From Eledone cirrhosa (lineage: Eukaryota): DNA of 64,000 nt. Shown here piece after piece: positions 1-11,910 of this stretch; the stretch's first letter is position 1; every line of letters begins with the position of its first letter. Where the stretch lies: positions 40,176,001-40,240,000 of the forward strand of contig OZ024746.1 of NCBI GenBank assembly GCA_964016885.1. The letters are read 5' to 3'. A model generated the notes under the pieces. The model saw only the letters and a list, made by a program, of their open reading frames with translations. It did not search any database and had not been told where the DNA came from. Position numbers and translations under genes: made by a program.

Positions 1-95
1 CAACTGGATTGGTACTTTATTGGTACAACCTCAGTACTGGATTGGTACTTATCAGTACAACCTCAGTACTCGATTAGTATTTTATTGGTACAACC
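1..95. repeat. About 33-bp tandem triplication inside a SINE-A remnant
   Basis: CTGGATTGGTACTTTATTGGTACAACCTCAGTA-like unit occurs three times. Confidence 0.7.
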
Positions 96-625
96 TTGAA
101 AGGATGAAAGGCAAAGTTGACCTCGGTGGGATTTGAACTAAGTGTGCAAGGAACTGGAACATGTACTGAGGCACTACAAAAGTATTTAACTACATTCTCC
201 TTTCACAGGAAAAGAAACCGTATATACTTGTGTATAGTCACACCCAGAGGCATAACTAGAGAAAATAGCACCTATGGAAAGCAGTTAAATTGTGCCCCTA
301 CCCAAACATCTGACACCCATCTTTCAGATAACCATAAAATCAGCTCAAAAATACCAATCACATCTGTTAATTTTTTAATTGAAAACAATATATGAAAATT
401 ACAACTGCATTTTCCTCTCTCTCTCACACACACATGATCTAGCATAATTTATTATTTAGCTATCTTTGCTATATGTGTTGTCACACATAGCAAAAATCAA
501 ATTTCTGAAATTTAATATGAGAAACCTCTAATGCAAATATAGTTTTGATGTGAACATTGATCAAAGCCAGAGATATTACCTGTAAAATGTTTTTAAAATG
601 TTACATGTTTGTTTGTTTATTCCAG

Positions 626-721
626 AACTCTGAACAGAAATGTTCTAACCAAGATAAAAGTCCATTCTATAGTATAAATACTGCTGGTGGAAAACTATTT
701 CCAGTTATTGTTTTGAATAAG
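626..721 (+). CDS. AP5M1: AP-5 complex subunit mu-1-like, first visible coding exon (gene starts upstream of the window)
   Basis: ttattccag|AAC...AAG|gtaaac; 32 codons NSEQKCSNQDKSPFYSINTAGGKLFPVIVLNK; phase 0 joins the next exon. Confidence 0.8.
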
Positions 722-1094
722 GTAAACTGCCATATTCCAAAATATTTTCTTTAATTTTCATATTTCTATGTTGTCATCTTCTTTAACTCAAGGGTGGTGG
801 CTTGACAGTATCAGAAGAGTGTTGGACACTATTCTTTACAGCATAGTTACGACCCTTTCCCCTCCTCCAAAATTGTTGGTCTTGTGCCTAAATCAGAAAT
901 CATTGTCTTCTTTAACTCAGCCTTTTTTCAAGATCCACCCTCAAACTGTCCCCTCATCAGTTTCCATCTAGCACTGAGATTTCCAAACTCCTTCAACATG
1001 AGCTGTTTTCAGATATATTCTAGGCTAGATGTTTTCTGGTTGTACTGTTCAATAGATAGATATGCATGCGCAACTGGCAATCACTGGTAGTCTA

Positions 1095-1385
1095 AAAAGT
1101 CTAAAGTCTGTCTCAAGCCTGGAGCCTCATCAGGCCAGTGCTTATCCTGTTTTCCAAGGTATGGAGTTACTAACAGTACAAGACTCCCTCTTGAACTGGA
1201 AGCCAGTCCATCACAGGGTTAACCCCCATCCCCACCCACCCCAAGTTATTGCTGGTACTCATTTTCTCCTGAATATATTAGAGCAACGTAAAATGAAGTG
1301 TTTTGCTCAAGAACACAATACATAGCCCAGTCAAGGAATCCATCATAAGTCAATCACACTAACCACTAGACCATGCACCTCCACT
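1095..1385 (-). mobile_element. SINE family C (tRNA head, CCCTGTGATGGACTGG central motif, ...GGCCTGATGAG...CAGACTTT end)
   Basis: Related copies at 14950-15125 and 31865-32150 (-), 33388-33665 (+), and 57680-57790 (partial). Confidence 0.75.
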
Positions 1386-1818
1386 ATAACCTGTTTGTAG
1401 ACTTCATAGTGTTTACTCATGTTCAGTTACAACACAAGCTTCTGTTTATGTGTTAGCATGGCTCTGTAATGTTTATAATTGATGAGAAATTTGAGCAGCA
1501 TGCCTGTATCAAATTTTGCATGAAACCTAGGAAATTGGCTAATATGGTCCTCATAATGTGACAAGCCATTTAACCCATGCAAGCATGGAAAATAGATTTT
1601 GAATGGTGGTGGTGGTGGTGATAATGCTGATGGTGATGATGGTGGTGGTGGTGTTGATGTTGATGATGATGTGATGGTGATGGTGGGTTTGGTGGTGGTG
1701 GTGTGTGTGGATGTACATGTGTGTGTGTGCATTGTTAAAAAAAAATCAACAAGACCTAACATGAACTCTGAAATATTTACATTTTTAGTTAATATTTCAT
1801 TTTAACTTTTTCTTTTAG

Positions 1819-1889
1819 GACCAGTTTCTTTTCTGCTGTTTACCATTTGTGGAATCAGTATCTCATTCCAAATCATTCCTTATTGAAAT
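1819..1889 (+). CDS. AP5M1: AP5M1-like visible exon 2
   Basis: tcttttag|GAC...GAA AT|gtaagt; DQFLFCCLPFVESVSHSKSFLIE resembles the AP5M1 ACVPLVE motif. Confidence 0.85.
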
Positions 1890-2330
1890 GTAAGTTAAGT
1901 TTTAAAACGTCCATTGATTTGTTTCTTTGAAATGAAATGTTTAATGGTTATTATATGTCAGATCAGGCTTCTGCCTGCTTCTGGTACCATGTAACCCAGT
2001 ACGATCTGCTTCAAGGCCAAGTGATTGGTGACTAAACTGACTCCCCACTACACCCTGATCTGATGAAAAGTGTAAGTGGAACCCCAGCAGCACAAAAAAC
2101 AAGAGCTGTTAAAAATGGTGAATGAACTCAACCAGGGGCAGTTTCAGGTGATTTGGGGTCAAAAGAGTTAAAGGACTTATTGATTGTATTTCTGTGAATG
2201 AAAAACAATTCTTTTACGTAATTTAATATAGTATAGTTAATATGAAGCATTTTGAGATATGTAATAAATGACTGATAAGTTTCAGAAAGCTGGTAAAATG
2301 TGATAGAAATATACAAAGGGCAAATATACA

Positions 2331-2587
2331 AATAATAATAATAATGAAATTATTGTGTACAGTGCTCAGGTGCACTACAACTCATCAAAGGTGCATGTAT
2401 AGTACATAGAATAATGTACAAATGTCAGGAAAATGAACAGTGTATGAGTCATGATATAATAACAATAACAATAATGAAATATTGTGTACAGTGCCCAGGT
2501 GCACCACAACTCATCAAAAAAGTGCATGTACAGTACATAGGGCAATGCACAAACATCAGTAAAATGAACAGTGCACGAGTCATGATA
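2331..2587. repeat. Two-copy tandem duplication (about 130 bp)
   Basis: AATGAAAT(T)ATTGTGTACAGTGC.CAGGTGCAC.ACAACTCATCAAA...GAGTCATGATA occurs twice. Confidence 0.8.
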
Positions 2588-3007
2588 CACACATGTGTGC
2601 TTGTGTATGGAAGGGGTACATCAGGTGTAGTTTTGGCGTATTTCGGGAAGCATGAGTGTCTTAAAGGATGCAGTGTCTCGGCAACAATAACAAATAAAAC
2701 AAAAGAAAGTAATGTTTTACCCAGTATATTTCAACATGATATTTCAGGGCTACAACCCTCTTTTCAAATGTGAAATGCAAACGGTTAAAAATAAAAAACA
2801 AACGATCAAAGTGTTCTTCCCTAACTGGTCTACATGTCTAATATATGCATGTGTGGAACCGTTGTAGTAGCCAATCCGCTTCGTGCATTTCAAATCTATT
2901 ATTTATTTATGGCCTCTTTGATTCTTAAATTTAAGAATCAAAGAGGCTATTATCAAAAACAATTCTTTTACATAATTTAATATATATATATATATATTGT
3001 TGTTCAG

Positions 3008-3083
3008 TCCTGGTGTAACATTGTGTCATGGTTTGCTGAGTGCCTTATCTGATATTGTACATACCTCACACATAAATAACGAG
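3008..3083 (+). CDS. AP5M1: AP5M1-like visible exon 3
   Basis: tgttcag|T CCT...GAG|gtaagt; completes the phase-2 codon ATT; PGVTLCHGLLSALSDIVHTSHINNE. Confidence 0.8.
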
Positions 3084-4287
3084 GTAAGTTCATTGATTTG
3101 AGATTATATTTAAAACACACTTACTGAGCCATCTACACTCTCCCCACCATAACTCAGTAATTATTTTTGCTATCATTGTATACCCTCCAATCCATTCATG
3201 CCCCCTCCACTATCTCTCTTCAGTAGTTTTTAGTAATTATTCTTCTCATCATTACTATATACATCCACTCCTACTCTACCCAGAATCACCACCTTACCCT
3301 ACTTAAATCTTGACACACTGATCATAGCCCTTTATTAGCTGTTATAGTGCCTCCCCTCCTCCTCATTACTCACCCCCTCTCCTCCTACTCATTACCCTAT
3401 CAAATTCCACCACTACACTGTACTTGTCATGCACCCATTACACTATACTCATCATCCTTCTTACCTCCAGTTCATCCTACCATTCATCCAACCACCCTCC
3501 ACATAGGTTAGAGAGGGCTCTTCAGTTGAGTGAATGACTGATAATCTCTTTTGTGCTAGTGCCACAAAAAATGCATCCAGTACACCCTTTAAAGTGATAT
3601 GAAGGGCATCCCACCATCAAAATCATGCCAAAAAGAGTTGAGATGACTCTTCAGTTGTGTCAAGGGCATGGTAACCTCTTGTGTCAGTGAGCTACAAGAT
3701 AAGTGTAACCAGTACACTCTGTAAAGTAGTTGATGATAGGAAGGACATCCAGCCATAGAAAACCTGTTAAAAAAAGATTGTGAGGGCTCTTCAGCTAACT
3801 TCCCAAGGTTGGTAATTTACACAATAAACGCACCCAATACATTCTGTAAAGTAAGTGGTGATAGGAAGGCAATCCAGCTGTAGAAAACCTGCCAAACAGG
3901 ATCAGGAATTCTCTCTTGTCTTGGTGTTTTACATGATAAACACACCCATAGACTCTGTAAATTGGTTGATGATAGGAAGGGCACCCAACTGTAGAAAACC
4001 TACCAAACAAAGGGTTGGATGGACTCCTCAGCTGTGCTTTTCCAGGAAAGTAATCCTTTGGCTAATAAGCCCATAACATGTTGTTTTGGACAGTTGGTAA
4101 TTGATAATATCTGATATCCATTTAATGAAGAGTTTAGACCTCATGTTTCTAATTTTTTAACATTACCTGCAGATGTTCAATCTACTAGGTAGAAGAAATC
4201 ATAATTCCACTTGTAGACATTAATAGATGATGCTTTAATATCCTCAGTACACATGACTTCTAATATGATGTTCTCTGTTATTTTCAG

Positions 4288-4419
4288 AATTCTTTATTCA
4301 ATGATATATCCACATTTCTGATTGAAGCTGTACCTTTAGGGAAAATACGTGATGTTAATTTGACTTCAATCAATGCTAAAATTGCCAACAAACCAATCGT
4401 TGCTGCCGGAAATCTAAAA
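4288..4419 (+). CDS. AP5M1: AP5M1-like visible exon 4
   Basis: ttttcag|AAT...AAA|gtaagt; 44 codons including FLIEAVPLGKIRDVN (compare LLQACPFGTLLDAN). Confidence 0.88.
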
Positions 4420-4435
4420 GTAAGTTAGAATCATT

Positions 4436-5693
4436 CATCATCATCATCATCATCATCATCAGGTTTAGCGTCCGTGTTCCACGCTTGCATGGGTTTGGAC
4501 GGGGGTTTTCCCACTTGAGGCAAGAGTGGTTGTCTTGCTCGCATAGGACTGTCTGGCGGGTTTTCTACAGTTGGATGCCCTTCCTAACACCAACCACATT
4601 TACAGTGTGGGGCTGGGAGGTTTTTACCGTGTTGCCTACACGGCCACATTACAGCGTGGACTGTCTGGCGGGTTTTCTACAGCTGGATACCCTTCCTAAC
4701 ACCAACCACATTTACAGTGTGGGGCTGGGAGGTTTTCACCGTGTTGCCTACACGGCCACATTTACAGTGTGGACTGTGTGTTTTTTTGTCGTGACACCTA
4801 CACGATCTCATTTGTTTCGGCCTGGATGTTGTGGGACCAACATAACTTTACATTGAAAGGGGCGGTGTGGGTGGGGTCGAGGGACGGGGGGGGGGGGGGT
4901 GTTTTGATAGAGATGCCTACTGACTGTAGTAGGTTTTTATTTGTATTTAGGTAAGGTGGGTCTTCTCTATTACTGAGTACCGCCAAAGGTCTCGGTCCAG
5001 TGACATTGTCTTGGAGAGGTGTAAGCGTGTGAGGTCGGAATTTATCAGCTCGTCCCATGTTTTTCTGGGTCTGCCTACTCCGTGGCTACCGTCTATCTTT
5101 ATTGCCCTGCACTTTGTTATACAGCTGTCGTCTTTCATGCGCATCACGTGACCGTACCAACGTAGCCTTCTCTCGAGTAAACAACATCTGATCCCTCTTA
5201 TTTCTAATTTTTTCCTTAGTTCGTTTATGCTTTGCCGTTCACGTATGTTACTATTGCACATCCAGCGGAGCATGCAAGCTTCGTTTCTCTCCATTCTGCA
5301 TATATCCTTTGCACACAATGCCCAGGTCTCACTGCCATGCAGCATTGCTGTTCGTATACAGGCATCGTATAACCTGCCTTTCATTTTTAGAGAGAACCCT
5401 TTAGCGGCCAATAGTGGTATAAGCTCTCTGAACTTTTTCCATCCAGTTCTGACTCTAGCTACTGTACTTTCAGAGCACCCTCCCCCACTGCTGATTTTGT
5501 CACCCAGGTAACGGAAGCTGTCCACTATTTCTATAGAACCCTCTGCGCAGTTGAAGGAGCTAGTATTTTGTGGGCACTTGCTGCTACTTATTGCACCAGA
5601 GCACCAGCCACATGTAAAATCTATGTTCTTAGTTAGCTTACCTGTGATCCCACTACATCTTTTATGCACCCATACTTTGCATTTGGGACATAA
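4436..5693 (-). mobile_element. 5'-truncated RTE-like LINE (ORF2 C-terminus plus 3'UTR) in AP5M1 intron
   Basis: Uninterrupted 250-aa ORF with FRYLG, MLHGSETW, RRLRWYGHVMR and GRPRKTW motifs; (ATG)n tail; AATCATT flanks both ends (4429-4435, 5694-5700) as a likely TSD. Confidence 0.9.
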
Positions 5694-6379
5694 AATCATT
5701 GTATCTTGAAAATAAGTTTTGTATTATAAGCTTTGTAATATAAGCTTATGTTAGACCAGGCTTTTGCCTACTCCTGGTATCATGTAACCCAGTACAACCT
5801 GCTTCATGGCCGAGTGGTCAGCAACTAAACCGGGTCTGGTGAGGAGAGTAAGTGAAACCTCAACTGTATAAAAAACAAGAGCTTTTAAAAGAGCGGATGA
5901 GCTCTCCCAGAGTCAACAGCCATCACCCCAACTATGGGTTAAATAGCCTCACCAACCTGCAATTGACCAAGCGTAGTGAGTACCACTACACCCTTAACAT
6001 GACCAAAACCAAACAGAAAGCTATGGAGGTCAAGGGAAGAGCTCTCCAACAGGAGTGAGAAGGCTCTGGATTGGATTGAATGGGAATATAAGTTTTGTAA
6101 AGAGAAAAAGAAAGGAAAACAAAAGCTTTCCTTCAACTTTATGTACTTTCGTTATTTAAATAGTCACAGAATGACCTAGAACAGTTCTGTCCAAATTCCA
6201 GAAGACAGACTACAGATATACATACACAGCAAGCTAGAGCTTTTATATTTAAGATTTAGTGGATAGAGGCTATAGGCTTCAAATCTATTCAGATATTTAT
6301 TAATTTTGAAACATTTTAGTTTATAAACTTCTGATTTACATGATTGAATCTTTCAACATGTCCTTTTTTTATTTTTCAG

Positions 6380-6460
6380 CAACCAGCTTGGAGACCTAGT
6401 GCACACAAGGGAAGAAATCAAATTTACATTTGTGTTTCTGAAAATGTCAGAGCTGCTATT
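6380..6460 (+). CDS. AP5M1: AP5M1-like visible exon 5
   Basis: tttttcag|CAA CCA GCT TGG...ATT|gtaagt; QPAWRPSAHKGRNQIYICVSENVRAAI carries the AP5M1 QPAW...KG motif at the start of the mu-homology domain. Confidence 0.92.
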
Positions 6461-7098
6461 GTAAGTAAAATAAATTGAAAGTTTTCAATATTTCCTTGGT
6501 TGTTATTTAGCCTCAGGTCAGCTCTGATTTAGCTGACATATGATCAAAAGTATTTTCAGCCATGTCTCTCCTACTTTATATATATACAGGGTGGGCCATA
6601 ATTAGCATACTGATTACAAAGAAACATAATAATGGTGTGCTTACAAATGGGCCACATTTCAGACATTTATATATACTAAACATTTTAAACCTATTTTATA
6701 AAATTCATTAATCATTCGGCTTTCAATCAACTTTAATATTCTAAATTATGATAATTTTTTTTATCATTCTGATTCTACTTTTGTTTGATTGATTTTTGAA
6801 AATCAATGTTATTTACTATACACTGGTATTTACTTGTCTACTTGGCCAAAATTAATATTGTTTACCTATCTACAGTGAGACCAAATTAATATTATTTAAT
6901 ACACACTGGTATTTACCTGTCTATGGTGGAATCAATAATGATGTTAGAATTCCATGAAGTCATTCATCATCATCATTGTTGTTTTAACATCCACTTTCCC
7001 TACTAGTAAGGGTTATCGATATGAATATCCCAACGTAAACAAAGTGAAGACTGACTTTGTTTTTGTGGAAGAATGGTATCCCATTATATGTTGTAGGG

Positions 7099-7384
7099 CA
7101 GTGGTTTTCAACCTTTTTTATACCGCAGACCGGCTTCATGTCGGACAATCTTTCCATGGACTGGTAGTTGCACAAATGTGTTATTTAAGTAAATTTTGAT
7201 AAAGAGAACAATAATAAAAAGAGCAATTTATTAAAGTAGATGAATATTAACTATTTAAACAAATCTTTTAAAATTAGATATATCTATAATATAATTTTAA
7301 ACAAGTTAATTATTTCTTTGCGGCCCAGTAGCAAATGATCCACAAACCGTTAGCAGTTCACAGCCCAGTAGTTGGGGACCTCTG
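7099..7384. mobile_element. hAT-type MITE
   Basis: Imperfect TIRs CAGTGGTTTTCAACC / GTTGGGGACCTCTG; 8-bp TSD ttgtaggg (7091-7098) / ttgtagag (7385-7392). Confidence 0.8.
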
Positions 7385-7531
7385 TTGTAGAGTATTCAAA
7401 AGAACTACAAAGTCAGATATACAGATCAAACAGTTCAACTGATATATTTCATTTATTATATCAGACTTCATGAAACCTTTGCTCAACTATTGCTCATTTC
7501 CTTATAATCTCATTGGTTTATTTTGTTTTAG

Positions 7532-7718
7532 TGTGGAACCAATCAGAAGAGAAATGATTGGGAGGTGTACGGCAGGGTTACATGTAAGTGTGATCTGGAT
7601 GGTATTGTTCCTGAGGTGACACTCAACATTATTCAAATGCCTACAAATGAAAGATTCTGTCTGGACAATTTTACAGTTCATCCATGTGTACAAACTGCTG
7701 ACGTTGATGACACAATAA
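7532..7718 (+). CDS. AP5M1: AP5M1-like visible exon 6 (mu-homology domain)
   Basis: tgttttag|TGT...ATA A|gtaaga; WEVYGRVTCKCDLDGIVPEVT...VHPCV matches AP5M1 [21 protein letters not shown]...VHPCV. Confidence 0.95.
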
Positions 7719-8151
7719 GTAAGAATATATTGATTTCTATTCAAATTCAATCAGATTAAGTTAAATAAATGAGCACAGGTATAGCTGTGTGGTTAAGAAG
7801 TTCGTTTTGCAACCACATGCTTCTGGGTTCAGTCCTACTTTACAGTACCTTAGGCAAGTATTGCCTTGCATTGACCAATGCCTTGTGTGTGGAATTTTGT
7901 CAACAGAAACTACAGAAGCCCATCGTTATTATATGTGTATCATCATCATCAATCTTCCACAATGTTTTCAAATTTAATTTTGTTGTTCACCCTAGTATAT
8001 TTTGTTTGGGTACTATCACTTCACTACCATTTCTTTATAAGTATGCTCTAATTCAAAAATTATCCCTGTAATTTTGGAGCAAGTTGGTGACCGATTGGTT
8101 TGAGATGATAATTATAATGTCTTTTTATACATTATAGAATTGTATAGATCG

Positions 8152-8420
8152 ATCATCATCATCATCATAATTTTACGTCCGCTTTTTCCTGCTTGCAAGG
8201 GTTGGACGGGTCCTATTCAGCACAGCATCTCTCCACTTGTCATGGTCCTTCGTCATCTCCTCGGTGAGTTTCAGCGACCTGAGGTCTGCTCTCACCATCT
8301 CCGCCCATGTTTTTCGTGGTCTACCTCTACTGCCTCTTCCCTCCACTGGGACTGCCTGGCACTTCTTCACCCATCGGTCATCCTCCATGCACATCACATG
8401 TCCATACCACCACATGTCCA
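8152..8420 (-). mobile_element. RTE-like LINE 3' fragment
   Basis: WYGHVMCM...RGRPRKTW and a (CAT)n tail on +. Confidence 0.8.
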
Positions 8421-8680
8421 TATATACATATTGTAAACAAAATGTTCTGTTATGGTACCCTGGTATGCAGAATGCATTGGTCGAAGTAAAATGTTTTTTA
8501 TATTTCTTATTAATTCTGAAGATTCTAATTATTGGATTATATAACTAATTAATTAATAATTAGTTAATTGTTAACTATAATCAATAAGATGGATGAAACA
8601 TGTTAATTAAAATATGATATAATTAGCAATGTTTGGTTATATTTTCAATGTATATATGTATATATATATTAATATATAAT

Positions 8681-9495
8681 CATCATCATCATCGTTTAAC
8701 GTCCCTGTTCCACGCTTGCATGGGTTTGGACGGGGGTTTTCCCACTTGAGGCAAGAGTGGTTGTCTTGCTCGCATAGGACTGTCTGGCGGGTTTTCTACA
8801 GCTGGATGCCCTTCCTAACACCAACCACATTTACAGTGTGGGGCTGGGAGGTTTTTACCGTGTTGCCTACACGGCCACATTACAGCGTGGACTGTCTGGC
8901 GTGTTTTCTACAGCTGGATGCCCTTCCTAACACCAACCACATTTACAGTGTGGGACTGGGAGGTTTTCACCGTGTTGCCTACACGGTCACATTACAGCGT
9001 GGACTGTCTGGCGTGTTTTCTACAGCTGGATGCCCTTCCTAACACCAACCACATTTACAGTGTGGGACTGGGAGGTTTTCACCGTGTTGCCTACACGGTC
9101 ACATTACAGCGTGGACTGTCTGGCGTGTTTTCTACAGCTGGATGCCCTTCCTAACACCAACCACATTTACAGTGTGGGACTGGGAGGTTTTCACCGTGTT
9201 GCCTACACGGTCACATTACAGCGTGGACTGTCTGGCGTGTTTTCTACAGCTGGATGCCCTTCCTAACACCAACCACATTTACAGTGTGGGACTGGGAGGT
9301 TTTCACCGTGTTGCCTACACGGTCACATTACAGCGTGGACTGTGTGTTTTTTTTGTCGTGACACCTACACGATCTCGTTTGTTTCGGCCTGGATGTTGTG
9401 GCACCAACATAACTTTGCATTGAAGGGGGCGGTGTGGATGGGGTGGGGCGGGGGTGTATTTTGTTAGAGATGCCTACTGACTAGTACGTTTTATT
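8681..9495 (-). mobile_element. 3'UTR-only copy of the same LINE with five 112-bp tandem units
   Basis: Near-identical to 4460-4930; units start at 8777, 8889, 9001, 9113 and 9225. Confidence 0.88.
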
Positions 9496-9510
9496 ACTAT
9501 AATACTACAG

Positions 9511-9647
9511 GTGATAATCAAGAATTAGACTCTCGAAGCACTTCTCGACGAATTCGATTCATTCCACCACAAGAACAGTTTACTCTCTGCAATTATTCTG
9601 TCAGTGCACCCAAAGATATACCTATAACTGGCTACTATGATATGCAA
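9511..9647 (+). CDS. AP5M1: AP5M1-like visible exon 7
   Basis: actacag|GT GAT...CAA|gtaagt; phase 1 fits; RFIPPQEQFTLCNY...PITGYYDMQ has the mu-subunit FxPP...F.L..Y motif. Confidence 0.92.
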
Positions 9648-10032
9648 GTAAGTTCAAAACTCCATCTTTCTTTGCTCTAAAACAAGATTTATAGCTAAAA
9701 ATGATTTCTCTCCCACCATCCTCTTCTCATATTTATAATTTTTTCTCTTTCTTTTTTGTTTTAGTTTTTTTTTATAAGCAATTATTATATAATTCAATTG
9801 GAATCTGTTACATTAAATACTTTCATATTTATATAAAATTTCTTAGATATGAAGTGTTTCTGTAAAGAATGAGAAGTAAAGATGTCTTGTGTCTTGGAAT
9901 TTGACTCATAGTCATTAGTATGTTATTCTGTTATTGTGGTGGTAATATATATATATAATCATCATCATGGGGTTGATTTAATCAACTTTACCCCCAAATT
10001 TGCTGGCCTTGTGCCTAAATTAGAAATCAATA

Positions 10033-10136
10033 TACAGGGTGTCTCCGAAAAAAGTATACAAACTTTGATTACCTGTACAGGCAATATTCATTAGAATGCT
10101 GTTGAAGTGTATATACACTTTTGGGGACACCCTGTA
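10033..10136. mobile_element. Tc1/mariner-type MITE
   Basis: TA + CAGGGTGTC...GACACCCTG + TA; imperfect TIRs of about 25 bp. Confidence 0.8.
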
Positions 10137-11806
10137 TATGTTTGTATGAATTCATTTATGTATTCATTTCCTTTACATCCAATTTGGAATACATCCTTCA
10201 GTGGATTTCATAAATATATATTCGGATATTATTAGAATCAAAGTTTTTACAGCTGAATATATTTCCTATAACTAATAACAACATTCTTCTTTATAATGAG
10301 ATACCACTACCATGAGGTTAAGTAGTTGACATACCGATATGATTGTCATGCATTTATAAGTTGTTCCCCTTAGTAAGTCACATAACTCTACTGCAATGTG
10401 ACTCATTTGGGTTACAGATGGAAAATCATCATCATCATCATCATATGTTCATTTTTCCACACTTGATGGGTTGGATAGGTCCTTCTCAGTACAGCATCTC
10501 TCCACTTTTCGTATTCCTCTGTCATCTCCTCTGTGATTTTTAGCAATCTGAGATCAGCTCTTGCCACTTCCAACCAAGTCTTGCTTGGTCTTCCTCTATT
10601 GCAGTTTCTTTCCACTGGGATTACTTGGCACTTCTTCTCCTAGCAATCATCATCTATGTGCATGGACATAAAAATGATGATCAGTTTGGAATTGCCATTT
10701 TAGCATGCACAAGACCTGCTGTGTTTACTGTCCATATATTTTCTACTAGTATTGTTTATGACTGAAACTAGGCCACTGGCACAATTCCACAAATCCACAT
10801 TTGTTAAAAATCAGTTAATGACCACAGTTTATAAACCAGATGGATGGGGTGGAAGTGGTGGTGATGTGGATGTTCTTTCTGTTCTATTTTCTTCCTTTTT
10901 TAAAAATTACATTCTCCTTTAAATATGGGGTAATTAATTACTGCTTTTAGATTCATTTATACTTTGTTTTCCTATCTCCTACCCTCCCGTTTATTATCTG
11001 TGATTTTTATTATCATCATCATCACCATTTAATGTCTATTGTCCATGCTTACATTGGTTAGATGTGCTGTCACATTAGGTGACCATGTCTTACTCATATG
11101 TTCCATTCTTTAGTGAGTTTTCTACAGCTAGATGCCCTTCCTAATGCCAACCACTTCACACTTGGAGCTTTATTTTCATGGCACCATCATTACCACATTA
11201 CAGGATGGACTGGGAGCTTTTTGTTGTGACACTAGCATGACCACCTTACAGGTTGGAGTAGGAGCTTTTTGTTGTGGCACCAACACTACCACCTTACAGG
11301 CTGGTCTGGGTGTGTTTTATCATATCACCTATGTTACATCATTATACCTTTTGGGCAGTGACAAGAGGAATATGAGAGATAGTAGCTATTATTTTATTAC
11401 TTTATTCAATTTCAACTTGTTTTCAAATTAAGTTTCTTCCCAAACAAGTAGAACACGCGTGCTCACACACACACACACACGTACATACAGAGAGAGAGAG
11501 AGAGAGAGATAAATAGATATTGGGAAAAGAAATTGAAAAGCATTGGAGTCTTTAACAAGATTTATTAATAATAACTGTACCGGTTTCATGTTTGAATGAT
11601 TTTCAAAAGTTAAGTGAAATGGAGAGATGTGTGGCTATGTATCTCACATAGAGAAATTTCCCAAAACTTCAGGTGTGAGATACAGCCAACAATAGAGAGA
11701 GACATATAGGATGGGAGAGCTAAACACATTATACATTTCAGCCTTCATTATCACCACCATTTTAACATTCATTTCACCATTAAAATGCATGTGTTGTCTT
11801 TTACAG

Positions 11807-11910
11807 GTTGAACCAGGAGGAAAAGTTGCCATTGAAGTTCGCTTAACACTAAATCCTAAAATTAAAAATTCTTTTGATATCTGTGAACTACAAATACCAA
11901 TATATAATCG
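11807..11910 (+). CDS. AP5M1: AP5M1-like visible exon 8
   Basis: ttttacag|GTT...AAT CG|gtaaaa; VEPGGKVAIEVRLTLNPKIKNSFDICELQIPIYNR (compare VKNNFEFCEAHIPFYNR). Confidence 0.93.

Noticed and set aside
8777-9336. CRISPR-like regular array
   Set aside because: The units are full tandem copies with no unique spacers, there are no cas genes, and the context is a eukaryotic intron within a LINE tail.
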